The notes below the pieces were generated by a model. The model did not search any database, was not told the DNA's origin, and was given only the letters and a program-made list of their open reading frames with translations. This document shows positions 49,705 through 59,409 of a stretch of 64,000 bases of DNA, one piece after another. This DNA comes from an uncultured Bacilli bacterium (GTDB lineage: Bacteria; Bacillota_I; Bacilli_A; RF39; UBA660): assembly GCA_947594925.1 (NCBI GenBank), contig CANQEJ010000002.1, positions 2-64,001 on the forward strand. The letters run 5' to 3'. Numbering within the stretch: position 1 is the stretch's first letter; each line of letters begins with the position of its first letter. The translations under genes and the position numbers were made by a program.

Positions 49705-50382
49705 ATGTCTATTGAAGAAGAATTATTTAAAAAAACTAAACCTGATTTTAATAAAATTATAGCTTATGGTTTTAAACAAGATAATGAGGAATACAAATAT
49801 TCTTATCATATTATGAATAATACTTTTAAAGTAGATATAACAATAAATAAAGAGGGGAGAGTAAAAGGCAAAATTTATGATATAGCTTTTAATGATGAAT
49901 ATACTAATTTTCGTCTTAAAGATATAACTGGGTCTTTTGGGATAAAGGTTAAAAATGAATTTATAAAGTTACTTACAGATATTAAAAAACATTGTTTTAT
50001 AGAAGAACCATTTAAATCTACCCAAACTAATAAAATAGTAAAATATATTCAAGAAAAATATCAAGATAAGCCTGAATTTGAGTGGGAAAAATTCCCTGGT
50101 TTTGCCACATTTAAAAATAAAGATACCAAAAAATGGTATGCTTTAATAATGAATATTTCTAAAAATAAAATAGAAGGGGATACCTTAGAAGAAATTGAAA
50201 TACTTAACTTAAAATTAAATCCCTTAGAAATAGAAAAATTATTAAAGCAAAAAGGTTTTTATCCTGCTTATCATATGAATAAAAAACATTGGCTTACTAC
50301 TATCTTAGATAGTAGTATTCCTGATGAAACAATTTTTCCTCTTATTGATGAAAGTTATTCTTATGCAAAGAAGAAAAAATAA
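49705..50382 (+). CDS. MmcQ/YjbR-family protein with N-terminal extension
   Basis: C-terminal half: FATFKNKDTKKWYALIM...FYPAYHMNKKHWLTTIL. Confidence 0.65.
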   Translation: MSIEEELFKKTKPDFNKIIAYGFKQDNEEYKYSYHIMNNTFKVDITINKEGRVKGKIYDIAFNDEYTNFRLKDITGSFGIKVKNEFIKLLTDIKKHCFIEEPFKSTQTNKIVKYIQEKYQDKPEFEWEKFPGFATFKNKDTKKWYALIMNISKNKIEGDTLEEIEILNLKLNPLEIEKLLKQKGFYPAYHMNKKHWLTTILDSSIPDETIFPLIDESYSYAKKKK

Positions 50383-50390
50383 TATCTAAG

Positions 50391-50927
50391 TTAATTATAG
50401 ATATTATTTTTATTTTTATATTCACTTTCTAAAATATTTTCCATTTCTTCTGGCGTTTCTTTACAACCATTACTAAGCCATTTTTTTATAATAGCATTAA
50501 GTCCTGCCTTAAAAAATTCCATATGATAATCTATATATTTATCATTATATAATTTCTTAGATAAATGATAATCATATTCTTTAATAATGAAGCTTTGGTC
50601 TAATTTTAATTTAAAATATGTTTTATAAAATATTTGATTATCTTTAATATGCTTGAAAAGTTTTAAAAAATCATTTGAATTGTTTTGATTATCTTTTTCT
50701 TCTTGGTATAAAAATGATACTTCTTGCTCTAGTTCTTGACCGATTTTGCCTGCTAAATCGTAAATATCAAGGTAATTAACATAAAAGGTAGAACGATTTA
50801 TTTTAGCAAGTTTACAAATATCAGTAACAGATATTTCACTTATTTCTTTGATTTGTAATAAAGTTATAAATACTTTACTAATTTTATCTCTTGTTTCTTT
50901 TCTTCTTTTATTATTTGGTGTATTCAT
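50391..50927 (-). CDS. TetR/AcrR-family transcriptional regulator
   Basis: HTH SVTDICKLAKINRSTFYVNYLDIYDL; ATG 50927 preceded by AAGGAGTGA. Confidence 0.8.
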   Translation of the reverse strand: MNTPNNKRRKETRDKISKVFITLLQIKEISEISVTDICKLAKINRSTFYVNYLDIYDLAGKIGQELEQEVSFLYQEEKDNQNNSNDFLKLFKHIKDNQIFYKTYFKLKLDQSFIIKEYDYHLSKKLYNDKYIDYHMEFFKAGLNAIIKKWLSNGCKETPEEMENILESEYKNKNNIYN

Positions 50928-51051
50928 ATATTCACTCCTTTTAATTGGACAAATGTCTATAAATTGTTGATTGTATTTCTTTTTCAAAAAGATTATACTA
51001 AAATTGTAAAAAAAAGACAAGTGTCTAATTATTTGAAAGGAAGCGAGAAAT

Positions 51052-51315
51052 ATGTCTAAAATCGTAGATGCTAATAAGAAAATTGAAAAAGCAGTTGTTG
51101 ATGGATATAAAGCAGTTGAAAACACAGTTGTTGGAGGATATAAGAAAGTTGAAGATAAATTTGTTGATACTTTCTTAAAAAAAGATGGTGAAACAATAGA
51201 AGAAGCAAAGATGAGATTACAAAAAGAACAAGAAGAAAGAGAGCAAGAACAACATAAATATTCAAAGACAACAGAAGAAATACAAGCTGAAATTAAAGAA
51301 AAATTAAGTAAATAA
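51052..51315 (+). CDS. Hypothetical small hydrophilic protein with VxGYKxVE repeats
   Basis: AAGCGAGAAA RBS-like; repeats VVDGYKAVEN / VVGGYKKVED. Confidence 0.5.
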   Translation: MSKIVDANKKIEKAVVDGYKAVENTVVGGYKKVEDKFVDTFLKKDGETIEEAKMRLQKEQEEREQEQHKYSKTTEEIQAEIKEKLSK

Positions 51316-51333
51316 AATTATATGGAGGTAAAA

Positions 51334-51744
51334 GTGAAAAAAGAAACTTTATTAGAAATAATTTTAGGGACTATTGGTGGTTTAGTATTTGCAGTTGGTA
51401 TGTGTATGTGTTTAATACCAGAGTGGGATTTATTTGCATCAGGTGTTGTAGTAGCAGTTTTAGGATTTATTATTCTTCTTTGTATTATTCCTGTATATCG
51501 CAAAAATCATCCGAAAAAAGAACATACGCCAATAAATTGGGGAATAGTATTTACCTGGATAATTGGTATAATAGGAGCATTAGTAATGGGATTTGGGATG
51601 AGTAAAGTTATGATTGAAACTCCTAGTAAAACTGATTTTCTAATAGGTATCATAGCAGGCATTGTTGGTTTACTTGTATGTGTCCTTAACTATCCAATAT
51701 ATTCTTATTTAAAAAGTAATAAAAATGAAAAAAATATTAAATAA
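51334..51744 (+). CDS. Hypothetical 4-TM membrane protein
   Basis: GTG 51334 sits 5 nt after GGAGGT; ATG 51322 lacks an RBS. Confidence 0.5.
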   Translation: MKKETLLEIILGTIGGLVFAVGMCMCLIPEWDLFASGVVVAVLGFIILLCIIPVYRKNHPKKEHTPINWGIVFTWIIGIIGALVMGFGMSKVMIETPSKTDFLIGIIAGIVGLLVCVLNYPIYSYLKSNKNEKNIK

Positions 51745-52579
51745 ATTATTTAGGCCTAATAAAGTAATTGGCTTTTTCATTTTTAATATTAGTTTTGGAT
51801 TGCTAATTTATATTTTTATTTGCCATTTAGAAGATACACCTCTTGCTTATATAAGTTATCTTTTATCTACTTATGCCTTAATTATATTTTGTGTTTGGTT
51901 TTATAAAATATGTCAATTTAGTAATCATGCCCTTAAAACCTCTAAACATTATAAGTTATATAAAAAACATGAACTTATAGTAACTAAATATAGTCTAGCA
52001 TTTGCTACCTTACTTCATTTTGTTTATGGTATTTTTAAACTAGGTACAGGAATATATTATAAATCTTGGTGGTTTATTACTTTTGCAGCTTACTACTTAA
52101 TTTTATGTTTAATGAAATTATCCCTTGTTCAAGATATAAAAAATAGAGGAGGGGTTAATTTAAAAAAAGAGTATCAAAAGCTAAAATTAACTGGTTTAAT
52201 TCTTTTATTTTTAAATATCATATTATCTGGGATGATAATTTTAATTATTAAACAAAATCAAGAAATAACTTATGCAGGTTTTATTATCTATATTGTAGCT
52301 ATATATGATTTTTATTTAATCATAAGTGCTATAATAAATGTAATCAAATATCAAAAAAATCATCGTCCTATTTTAATCTCAAGTAAATGTCTTAATCTAA
52401 CTGTAGCAATGATTTCCATGATTTCCTTAGCAGTAGCAATGATATCCCAATTTGGAACAAATGATAGGGAATTTAAAATTATTACAATTAGTATTATGGG
52501 ATTTGTTGTATGTATTATAAATACTGCTATGTCTATATACATGCTCATTAAAGCTCACAAATATTTAAAAGAGAACTAA
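51725..52579 (+). CDS. Hypothetical multi-pass membrane protein
   Basis: At least 6 hydrophobic segments; overlaps the upstream gene by 20 nt. Confidence 0.5.
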   Translation: MKKILNKLFRPNKVIGFFIFNISFGLLIYIFICHLEDTPLAYISYLLSTYALIIFCVWFYKICQFSNHALKTSKHYKLYKKHELIVTKYSLAFATLLHFVYGIFKLGTGIYYKSWWFITFAAYYLILCLMKLSLVQDIKNRGGVNLKKEYQKLKLTGLILLFLNIILSGMIILIIKQNQEITYAGFIIYIVAIYDFYLIISAIINVIKYQKNHRPILISSKCLNLTVAMISMISLAVAMISQFGTNDREFKIITISIMGFVVCIINTAMSIYMLIKAHKYLKEN

Positions 52580-52639
52580 TATTTTTAATAAAATGTTAGT
52601 TTTTTTCATATAAATTAAAAAGAGGAGGGAAGAAGTGTA

Positions 52640-53389
52640 ATGAAAATATTAATACCACTACTTATTTCCTCTATCGCCGGTCTTTCTACTGTCTTAGGAG
52701 CTTTAGTTATTCTTTTTAAAATCAAAAAAGAAAATATTTCTAAATTTATTACATTTTGCCTTGCGTTTTCTTTAAGTGTTATGATATCTATCTCTTTAAC
52801 TGATTTAATCCCTAATTCAACGTTAATTTTATATTCTCGGTATAATTTACTGAAATGTATTATAATTTGTCTAATTTCGTTTCTAATTGGGGTATTTTCC
52901 ATAAATATAATTAATAAAAAGATTAAAAAATATAATAATACGAGTAATTTATATAAAGTAGGTATCTTAAGTATGCTAGCTTTAATGTTACATAACCTCC
53001 CAGAAGGTATAGCTACTTTTATGAGTGCATATAAAGATGTTAGTTTAGGAATATCTTTAGGTCTTGCGATAATGCTTCATAATATTCCCGAAGGTATCTC
53101 TATTGCTGTTCCCATTTATTATGCAACCGGTAATTTTAAAGAAGCTATTAAAAAAACATTAATCTCCGGTTTAGCTGAACCAGCTGGAGCCTTATTAGCT
53201 TATATTTTTCTTTCTAAATTTATTACTGATAGTCTAATTAGTATAATTTTAATTTTTGTCGCAGGTATCATGATAACATTAGCCATAAATGAACTTTTAC
53301 CCGAAGCCTTAAAATATAAAAAAGAGAAGTGGATTATCTACGGTTTAATTAGCGGGGTAATCATTGTTTTATTGACCCATTTCATTTAA
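52640..53389 (+). CDS. zupT: ZIP-family zinc transporter ZupT
   Basis: LHNLPEGIATF and LHNIPEGISIAVP motifs; GAGGAGGGAAG RBS. Confidence 0.85.
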   Translation: MKILIPLLISSIAGLSTVLGALVILFKIKKENISKFITFCLAFSLSVMISISLTDLIPNSTLILYSRYNLLKCIIICLISFLIGVFSINIINKKIKKYNNTSNLYKVGILSMLALMLHNLPEGIATFMSAYKDVSLGISLGLAIMLHNIPEGISIAVPIYYATGNFKEAIKKTLISGLAEPAGALLAYIFLSKFITDSLISIILIFVAGIMITLAINELLPEALKYKKEKWIIYGLISGVIIVLLTHFI

Positions 53390-53478
53390 ACTATATTAAG
53401 CTTATTAATGCCGGTTAACATAATATATATTATAGGAAGTTAGATATTTTAGAAAAAAAGCTTAATAACTATCTGTTA

Positions 53479-54264
53479 TTAAACCTTTCGAGATTGAATT
53501 TCGGCAATCTTTTCTAATACTTCTGCGGCATTAGATTCATTTATTTCCGAATAATTTAATTCTTTTAAAGCTTGAACTTTCATTGTATTTAATTGTTGCG
53601 TTCTACTTAATGCTTCTTCTTTTTTATGTTCTATTTCTTGAACAAATCTCTTATGAGTTTCTAAAATTCTACTCCTAGAGGCTCCCCCATTGTTATATAA
53701 GGTTAGGGCAGAGTACAAAATTCCTTCAAAAATAAATTGCTTATCTTCATTAAATTTATAATCTTCAGGGTCAGTAAAACCAGTAGTTTTAGACATATAA
53801 CCAAAGATATATTTAATTTCTGGAACATTATCAATAGATTGTAACATATGATATAGATACAAAATTGCATAATAATTTTGTTCATGTTCTGCTTCATCTT
53901 CAGTATCAGTTAATTTTTCTTTAAGTAAATAGGCAATATCGGATAGAAGAGTTTGTTCTTCTTTTTTTAATCCTTTTAAATCAAAGAAACTATCAAAATC
54001 TCCCCCATTTTTTAAACCTTTATTTAAACGAGCTTCGACAGTCATTAAATAATCTGTATTAACCTTTATATTGGCAATAGTGCCTTCATCACCATCTTCA
54101 ATATCTAATAATTTAAATAATAATAATTTTTTTTCTTTTGGCCATTTGTTTATATTATCTAATTCTAAATAATTATAAACCATCTGACGTGATACCCCTA
54201 AATATTTTGCTAATCTAACTTTAGAGATACCTAATTCTTGTAATAAATCTTTTAATGCGTTCAT
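53479..54264 (-). CDS. HTH-domain protein with uncharacterised C-terminal domain
   Basis: N-terminal LGISKVRLAKYLGVSRQMVYNYL; own promoter TTGACA-16-TGATATAAT at 54304-54335 (minus). Confidence 0.6.
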   Translation of the reverse strand: MNALKDLLQELGISKVRLAKYLGVSRQMVYNYLELDNINKWPKEKKLLLFKLLDIEDGDEGTIANIKVNTDYLMTVEARLNKGLKNGGDFDSFFDLKGLKKEEQTLLSDIAYLLKEKLTDTEDEAEHEQNYYAILYLYHMLQSIDNVPEIKYIFGYMSKTTGFTDPEDYKFNEDKQFIFEGILYSALTLYNNGGASRSRILETHKRFVQEIEHKKEEALSRTQQLNTMKVQALKELNYSEINESNAAEVLEKIAEIQSRKV

Positions 54265-54372
54265 TTTCTTAAACTTCCCTTCTCTATTTTGCTATATTTA
54301 CAATTTAATTATATCACTTAACAAAAAAGTGTCAACTAAAAAGTAAATTTAATTAAAAAATATAGTAATGAA

Positions 54373-54849
54373 TTATTTACTATATTTTCTTACTTTTTCA
54401 TTAGTATCCGTTAAATCTTTTACTAAATTAAATTTTTCATAAATCTGGGCAAGTGTCTCTATTACTTCTTTCGGATTTTCTTCATAATCCCCTCTATTTA
54501 TATTTGTTCTTAAACCATAACCATCTATTTCTACTTTTATTTTCTCTTTTTGATTTTCATCTTTTAATACTAATCGATAAGTACGTAGTTTGCCTTTTTC
54601 ATAAAATGCAGATTCATTTAAATCACTAGCATCATAAAAGATATTAAAAGAAGTAACATCTTGATAGCTTTTATAAATATCACGTGCCATAATTTCTATA
54701 CCAATTAAAGGACTTAAAGAATTTAAAAGAAAAACTAATTGACTATCATCTTCTTTAATTTTATCAATAACTTCTTGCTTTGGTGAAAATAACATTACCT
54801 TAATCTTTTCTTTATTTTCGGTTTCGTGGACTTTTTCATATAAATACAT
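54373..54849 (-). CDS. Hypothetical protein downstream of mnmA
   Basis: ORF with GGAGGG RBS; no family recognised. Confidence 0.5.
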   Translation of the reverse strand: MYLYEKVHETENKEKIKVMLFSPKQEVIDKIKEDDSQLVFLLNSLSPLIGIEIMARDIYKSYQDVTSFNIFYDASDLNESAFYEKGKLRTYRLVLKDENQKEKIKVEIDGYGLRTNINRGDYEENPKEVIETLAQIYEKFNLVKDLTDTNEKVRKYSK

Positions 54850-54875
54850 ATCAAACCCTCCTAAATTAAATTATA

Positions 54876-55982
54876 TCATAGATACCAAAGTTTTTTGCCC
54901 TCTTTATAAACTTCTTTAATAATTCCACTGCCTAAACATTGTTCTCCTAAATATAAAACACAAGCTTGGCCAGGCGTTACAGCTTTAGCTTTACCGCTAT
55001 AAGAAACCATGGCTTCATTATTTTCTAAATACTCAATCGCTACAGCATGGTCTTCTCCCCTATATCTAAACTTTGCTGTACAAAAAGTGGGTGTTGTCGG
55101 CGAAATAAAATTAACATTTTCAATTAAACAAGCATCAGAATATAAATATTCATTATCATCACCAAAACAAACATATAAAATATTTTTTTCAACATCTTTA
55201 CCACAAACAAAATGTCTTTTATCATTACCACTAATACCCACATTACGTCTTTGACCAATAGTATAATTCATAAGACCAGTATGACGACCAATAACTTCTT
55301 TCGTTTCAACATCAACAATATCGCCAGGATTAGGTTTTAAATAATTAGCTATAAATTCTTGATAATGTCTTTCGCCAATAAAACAAATTCCCGTTGAATC
55401 TTTTTTATGAGCCGTTGTAATATTAATTTCCTCAGCAATCTTTCTTACTTCTGGTTTAGTCAAATGACCAATTGGAAATAAAACATCTTTTAATTGATTA
55501 GGGGTAAGTTGAGCAAGAAAATAACTTTGGTCCTTATTTTGGTCTATCCCTCTTAATAATCTATTACCAAAAGTTCGCGCATAATGACCGGTGGCTATAT
55601 AATCGGCCCCTAACTTGCGGGCTTCTTTAATAAATAAATCAAATTTAATATACTTATTACACATTAAATCGGGATTAGGTGTTCTCCCCCTTTTTAACTC
55701 TTCTAAAAAGTAAGAGAAAACATTATCCCAATATTCTTTAATAAAATCTACCCGATGCAAAGGAATATCTAATTCTTCACAAACTTTTTTAGCATCATTA
55801 TAATCTTGTTCTTGGGGGCAAATATCGTTATTTAAATTAGGATTTCCTAAATTATCATTATTTAAAGTACTATCCCAATTACGCATAAAAAGACCGATTA
55901 CTTCGTAACCTTCTTTTTTAAGTAAATAAGCCGCAACTGAAGAATCAACTCCCCCGCTTAATCCTATAACAACCTTTTTCAT
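54876..55982 (-). CDS. mnmA: tRNA 2-thiouridine(34) synthase
   Basis: PP-loop GLSGGVDSSVAA, NPDLMCN, GICFIG. Confidence 0.95.
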   Translation of the reverse strand: MKKVVIGLSGGVDSSVAAYLLKKEGYEVIGLFMRNWDSTLNNDNLGNPNLNNDICPQEQDYNDAKKVCEELDIPLHRVDFIKEYWDNVFSYFLEELKRGRTPNPDLMCNKYIKFDLFIKEARKLGADYIATGHYARTFGNRLLRGIDQNKDQSYFLAQLTPNQLKDVLFPIGHLTKPEVRKIAEEINITTAHKKDSTGICFIGERHYQEFIANYLKPNPGDIVDVETKEVIGRHTGLMNYTIGQRRNVGISGNDKRHFVCGKDVEKNILYVCFGDDNEYLYSDACLIENVNFISPTTPTFCTAKFRYRGEDHAVAIEYLENNEAMVSYSGKAKAVTPGQACVLYLGEQCLGSGIIKEVYKEGKKLWYL

Positions 55983-56050
55983 TGCATCACCAACTAACTT
56001 GCTAAGATTATACCAAATAGTTAAGAAAAAATAAAGGTATCAAGACTTAT

Positions 56051-56989
56051 CTAAAAAGGTTTTAAAGCTAAAATATTAGGATTATCTAAATCATCTTCCA
56101 AGGAAGTTAAATCAAAATCATAAGCTAAATCTTTTTCTAGTTTTTTTAACTCTTCCAAGATATCCTTAATAACTGCTAAATGAAAAGGATTAAATTCTAA
56201 CGTCTTTAATAAATACGTTATAATATCATAAGTTTCCTGAAAGTAATTTTTTTGAAACTCTTTATCTTGAGCTGTCGCTAAATCTTGTAAATTAGCAAGA
56301 CGGTCGCATAGTTTTACAAACATCGCCCCAATGCTCATATCTAACATCTTAGCTTGTAAATATTTCGTTTTCCCCAATAAATTAATTTTGGCCTCATCAT
56401 TAGTAAGTTCTAACACTATTTTAACAGCATAAGATGGAAAACTTTGCTCTAATTCATGAGCATTTATAGCACCCATTTCTAAAACATCATGTAAAACACA
56501 GCCAATAAAAACATCATTAATATCTTGTAAATCTTTTAAAGTTTGCATACTAAATAATGGTAAATAATTAATTGCTAATTTTAAAACTGTTAAAGGATGA
56601 TTTATATAAGGAGTTACCCCATCCTTACGGATTTGTCCTTCATGTACCTCTTTAGCTAAATCAATCGCTTTTTTTAAATCATTTGAAAAAAACATATTTG
56701 GTATTCCATATTCATTATCTTTATTTTCTGGTCTTTTTTTATTATAAGCTTCTCTTGCATTTAATTGGTCTAAAATACTTAAATTATAATTATATATTTC
56801 CATAATTCTATCCATATTACCATAACGAAATTTTTCTTTAATAACTTCATCAATATCTTTTTTAATTGGTACATACTGCACATAATCCGTATAATCCCAA
56901 GTATCACACCAAATTATCGCATGCGAATAATCTTCTCCTACCCCTCTTAAAACTACCCTAGCAATCTCTTCTTTATCCATCGCCGCCAT
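56051..56989 (-). CDS. RelA/SpoT-type HD-domain protein (small alarmone hydrolase-like) with ~100-aa N-terminal extension
   Basis: AKEVHEGQIRKDGVTPYINHPLTV ... CVLHDVLE matches the (p)ppGpp hydrolase HD signature; no synthetase domain. Confidence 0.65.
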   Translation of the reverse strand: MAAMDKEEIARVVLRGVGEDYSHAIIWCDTWDYTDYVQYVPIKKDIDEVIKEKFRYGNMDRIMEIYNYNLSILDQLNAREAYNKKRPENKDNEYGIPNMFFSNDLKKAIDLAKEVHEGQIRKDGVTPYINHPLTVLKLAINYLPLFSMQTLKDLQDINDVFIGCVLHDVLEMGAINAHELEQSFPSYAVKIVLELTNDEAKINLLGKTKYLQAKMLDMSIGAMFVKLCDRLANLQDLATAQDKEFQKNYFQETYDIITYLLKTLEFNPFHLAVIKDILEELKKLEKDLAYDFDLTSLEDDLDNPNILALKPF

Positions 56990-57075
56990 TTAATCACCTC
57001 TTTCTAATTGCATTATAGCAGCTAGTTTAATATAATAAAAATATATATTAGTTATATTTAATATAACAGGAGGTT

Positions 57076-57972
57076 ATGATGATTGATATTGAATTATACA
57101 AAATATTTTATGCTGTTGCTGAGTGTGGGACTATAACTAAAGCAAGCAACCTTCTTAATATATCCCAACCAGCTGTCACAAAACAATTAAAAAACTTAGA
57201 ACAAATGCTTAATAATCCCCTATTTATAAGAACTAAAAAAGGGGTCATTTTAACAGAATTTGGTCAAAAAATATTTCTTAAAGTAAAACAAGCCTTACTT
57301 CTTTTAGATGAAGTTGAAAAAGAAGCTCATAATTTTGCCCAAGTTTTAGAAGGTACTATCAAAATAGGTATCAGTACAACTCTCATGCGTCATTATCTTC
57401 TTTCTCATATTGAAAAATTCCACCAAACCTACCCCCAAATTGTTTTAGATATCTATACTGACCCTACCCAAGAATTAATAAATAAACTAAAAACGGGTCA
57501 AATTGATTTAATTATTGCCAAAAAGCCGAAAAATTTAGACCATGATTTAAAATTTATTCCCTTAGCCAAAACTTCTTATGTCTTCTTAGGAAATCCTAAA
57601 TATTTTCCTATAACTTCTCCTATCAATGCCAAACAATTAGAAAATTATCCCATTATTTTACCAAAAGAACCAGCTAACGCCCGACATAGTGCTACTACCT
57701 ACTTTCAAAATAATCATTTAAATATTACACCCAAAATGAATATTGCCAGTTCTAATTTACTTATTGATTTTATTAAAATGGGTTATGGTATTGGCTATGC
57801 CACTAAATTATACGCCCAAGAAGAAATTCAAAATAATAATTTAAAAATTATAAACGTTCTTCCTGCTCCCGAAGAAATTACCTTTGGTATTATAACCCTT
57901 AAAAACAATATTTTAAGTAAATCATGTCAAGCATTTATTACTTTAATCATTGAAAAGGGCTCTAACTTATGA
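57076..57972 (+). CDS. LysR-family transcriptional regulator
   Basis: N-terminal wHTH (ITKASNLLNISQPAVTKQLKNLE) + substrate-binding domain. Confidence 0.9.
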   Translation: MMIDIELYKIFYAVAECGTITKASNLLNISQPAVTKQLKNLEQMLNNPLFIRTKKGVILTEFGQKIFLKVKQALLLLDEVEKEAHNFAQVLEGTIKIGISTTLMRHYLLSHIEKFHQTYPQIVLDIYTDPTQELINKLKTGQIDLIIAKKPKNLDHDLKFIPLAKTSYVFLGNPKYFPITSPINAKQLENYPIILPKEPANARHSATTYFQNNHLNITPKMNIASSNLLIDFIKMGYGIGYATKLYAQEEIQNNNLKIINVLPAPEEITFGIITLKNNILSKSCQAFITLIIEKGSNL

Positions 57973-58002
57973 TACGCTTTTAATAGAATAAGAAGGTGTG
58001 TT

Positions 58003-59409
58003 ATGCAAATTAATATTCCGAATAAATCCAAAAAAATAATTATGATAATTATTCCCATCTTAATTATAATTTTATCTATTATTTTAATATTTAGATTAAA
58101 ACCCCAAAAAAAGATAGAAAAGCCTACTCCTACCCCTCAAGAAAAAGAAATTGTCTTAACCGATTTAAACTTTCTCAAAAATGAAGCTAATTCTTATATA
58201 GATTTTTATGGGATAAAAGTCATTACTCCGGATTTATTTATAGTAAAAAATTCCTCTAATGATAATTATTCTTTAATAGATAAAAATAATAATGTTAAAG
58301 AAAATAACTATCAATACTTTAAAACTTATTATTATCCTAAAGCTTTTATAAATGCTAATATCTCAAATACTAATAGTATTAATAATTTTCAAATATATGA
58401 TTTAGATGGTAATAAAATATTAGAAGCTGAAGAAGGAATTCTTCTTAATGATTATCTTCTTTTTATTGGTGATAGTTTTAGTCAAACAGGTAAAATCTAT
58501 AACTTAGAGACCCAAAAATCAAGTAATGAATTAACCATATATCAAGTTGTTGGTAATCTTCTTCTAGTAAAAGAAGGCAATGAAATTAAAGTTATCGATA
58601 AAGATTTTAAATTAGTTAAAACATTGGATAAAGAAAACTATCTTCTTTTAAATGATACTTATTTATATAATTCTAAAGATAAAGAACTTCTAAATTATCA
58701 AAAAGATAAAAAAACTAAAGGTACATATGATAATTATTATCCTTTATATAATGAATTTGTTGAAGTTTGTAATCAAAAACAATGTGGTATTTTAAATATG
58801 GATACTAATAAATTAATTGTTCCTTTAGAATATGAAGATTTATTTGTTAATTTAGAATATAATGATATTACGACTAATAATAGAAGCTTTTATTATCAAG
58901 ATGGTTTATTTGTTATAGATGAAAAAGCCATTTATAACAGGGAGGGCAAACTTTTATTTAATCTAGATTTAGAAAGTTATCTATCAACTATGGATAATAA
59001 AAAGGCTTACCTTTTAGAACAATATCCAAATGAAAATGAAAAGAAAATAACTATATTTAATCAAGAAAAAGATATTTTCTTAGAAAAAACCTTATCAACC
59101 TTTGATGTTGAAAGTTCTTCTTTTAATAGTTATATTGCCTATGAAGATAATGAAACTAAGAAGTATGGCATTAGCGATTTAAATGGTAAAAAAATAACTG
59201 ATTTTACCTACGATGATATTGATTTATATAGTAAAGTTTATGTCGTAACAAAAGATGATAAACAAGCTATTTATGATTACCAAAATAAAGAAATATTAGC
59301 TATGGGAAGTTATAATATCGAGTGGCAAGTTACAAATGATAATACGGAAATACTTTTAATTGAAAATAAAGCCAATCACTCTATTACTATGCTTTTAATG
59401 AATAACTAA
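58003..59409 (+). CDS. Membrane-anchored WG/KWG-repeat-like protein
   Basis: N-terminal TM; repeated units of type KKYGISDLNGKKITDFTYDDI / QCGILNMDTNKLIVPLEYEDL. Confidence 0.45.
   Translation: MQINIPNKSKKIIMIIIPILIIILSIILIFRLKPQKKIEKPTPTPQEKEIVLTDLNFLKNEANSYIDFYGIKVITPDLFIVKNSSNDNYSLIDKNNNVKENNYQYFKTYYYPKAFINANISNTNSINNFQIYDLDGNKILEAEEGILLNDYLLFIGDSFSQTGKIYNLETQKSSNELTIYQVVGNLLLVKEGNEIKVIDKDFKLVKTLDKENYLLLNDTYLYNSKDKELLNYQKDKKTKGTYDNYYPLYNEFVEVCNQKQCGILNMDTNKLIVPLEYEDLFVNLEYNDITTNNRSFYYQDGLFVIDEKAIYNREGKLLFNLDLESYLSTMDNKKAYLLEQYPNENEKKITIFNQEKDIFLEKTLSTFDVESSSFNSYIAYEDNETKKYGISDLNGKKITDFTYDDIDLYSKVYVVTKDDKQAIYDYQNKEILAMGSYNIEWQVTNDNTEILLIENKANHSITMLLMNN

Noticed and set aside
50928-51125. 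A 66-aa N-terminal extension of the TetR ORF on the track (start at 51125).
   Set aside because: The extension is hydrophobic nonsense overlapping the divergent promoter and the start of the 51052 gene. ATG 50927 has an AAGGAGTGA RBS and gives a normal TetR N-terminus.
54319-54337. TTAACAAAAAAGTGTCAAC could be a third copy of the twin-element promoter (17/19 identical to 39524-39542).
   Set aside because: It lacks the downstream -10, the GGGGATTGG core and the terminator. On the minus strand it simply forms the TTGACA-16-TGATATAAT promoter of the HTH gene 53479-54264. It does support a TTGACA-N6-TGTMAA palindromic tendency, which is noted only as a weak operator hint.
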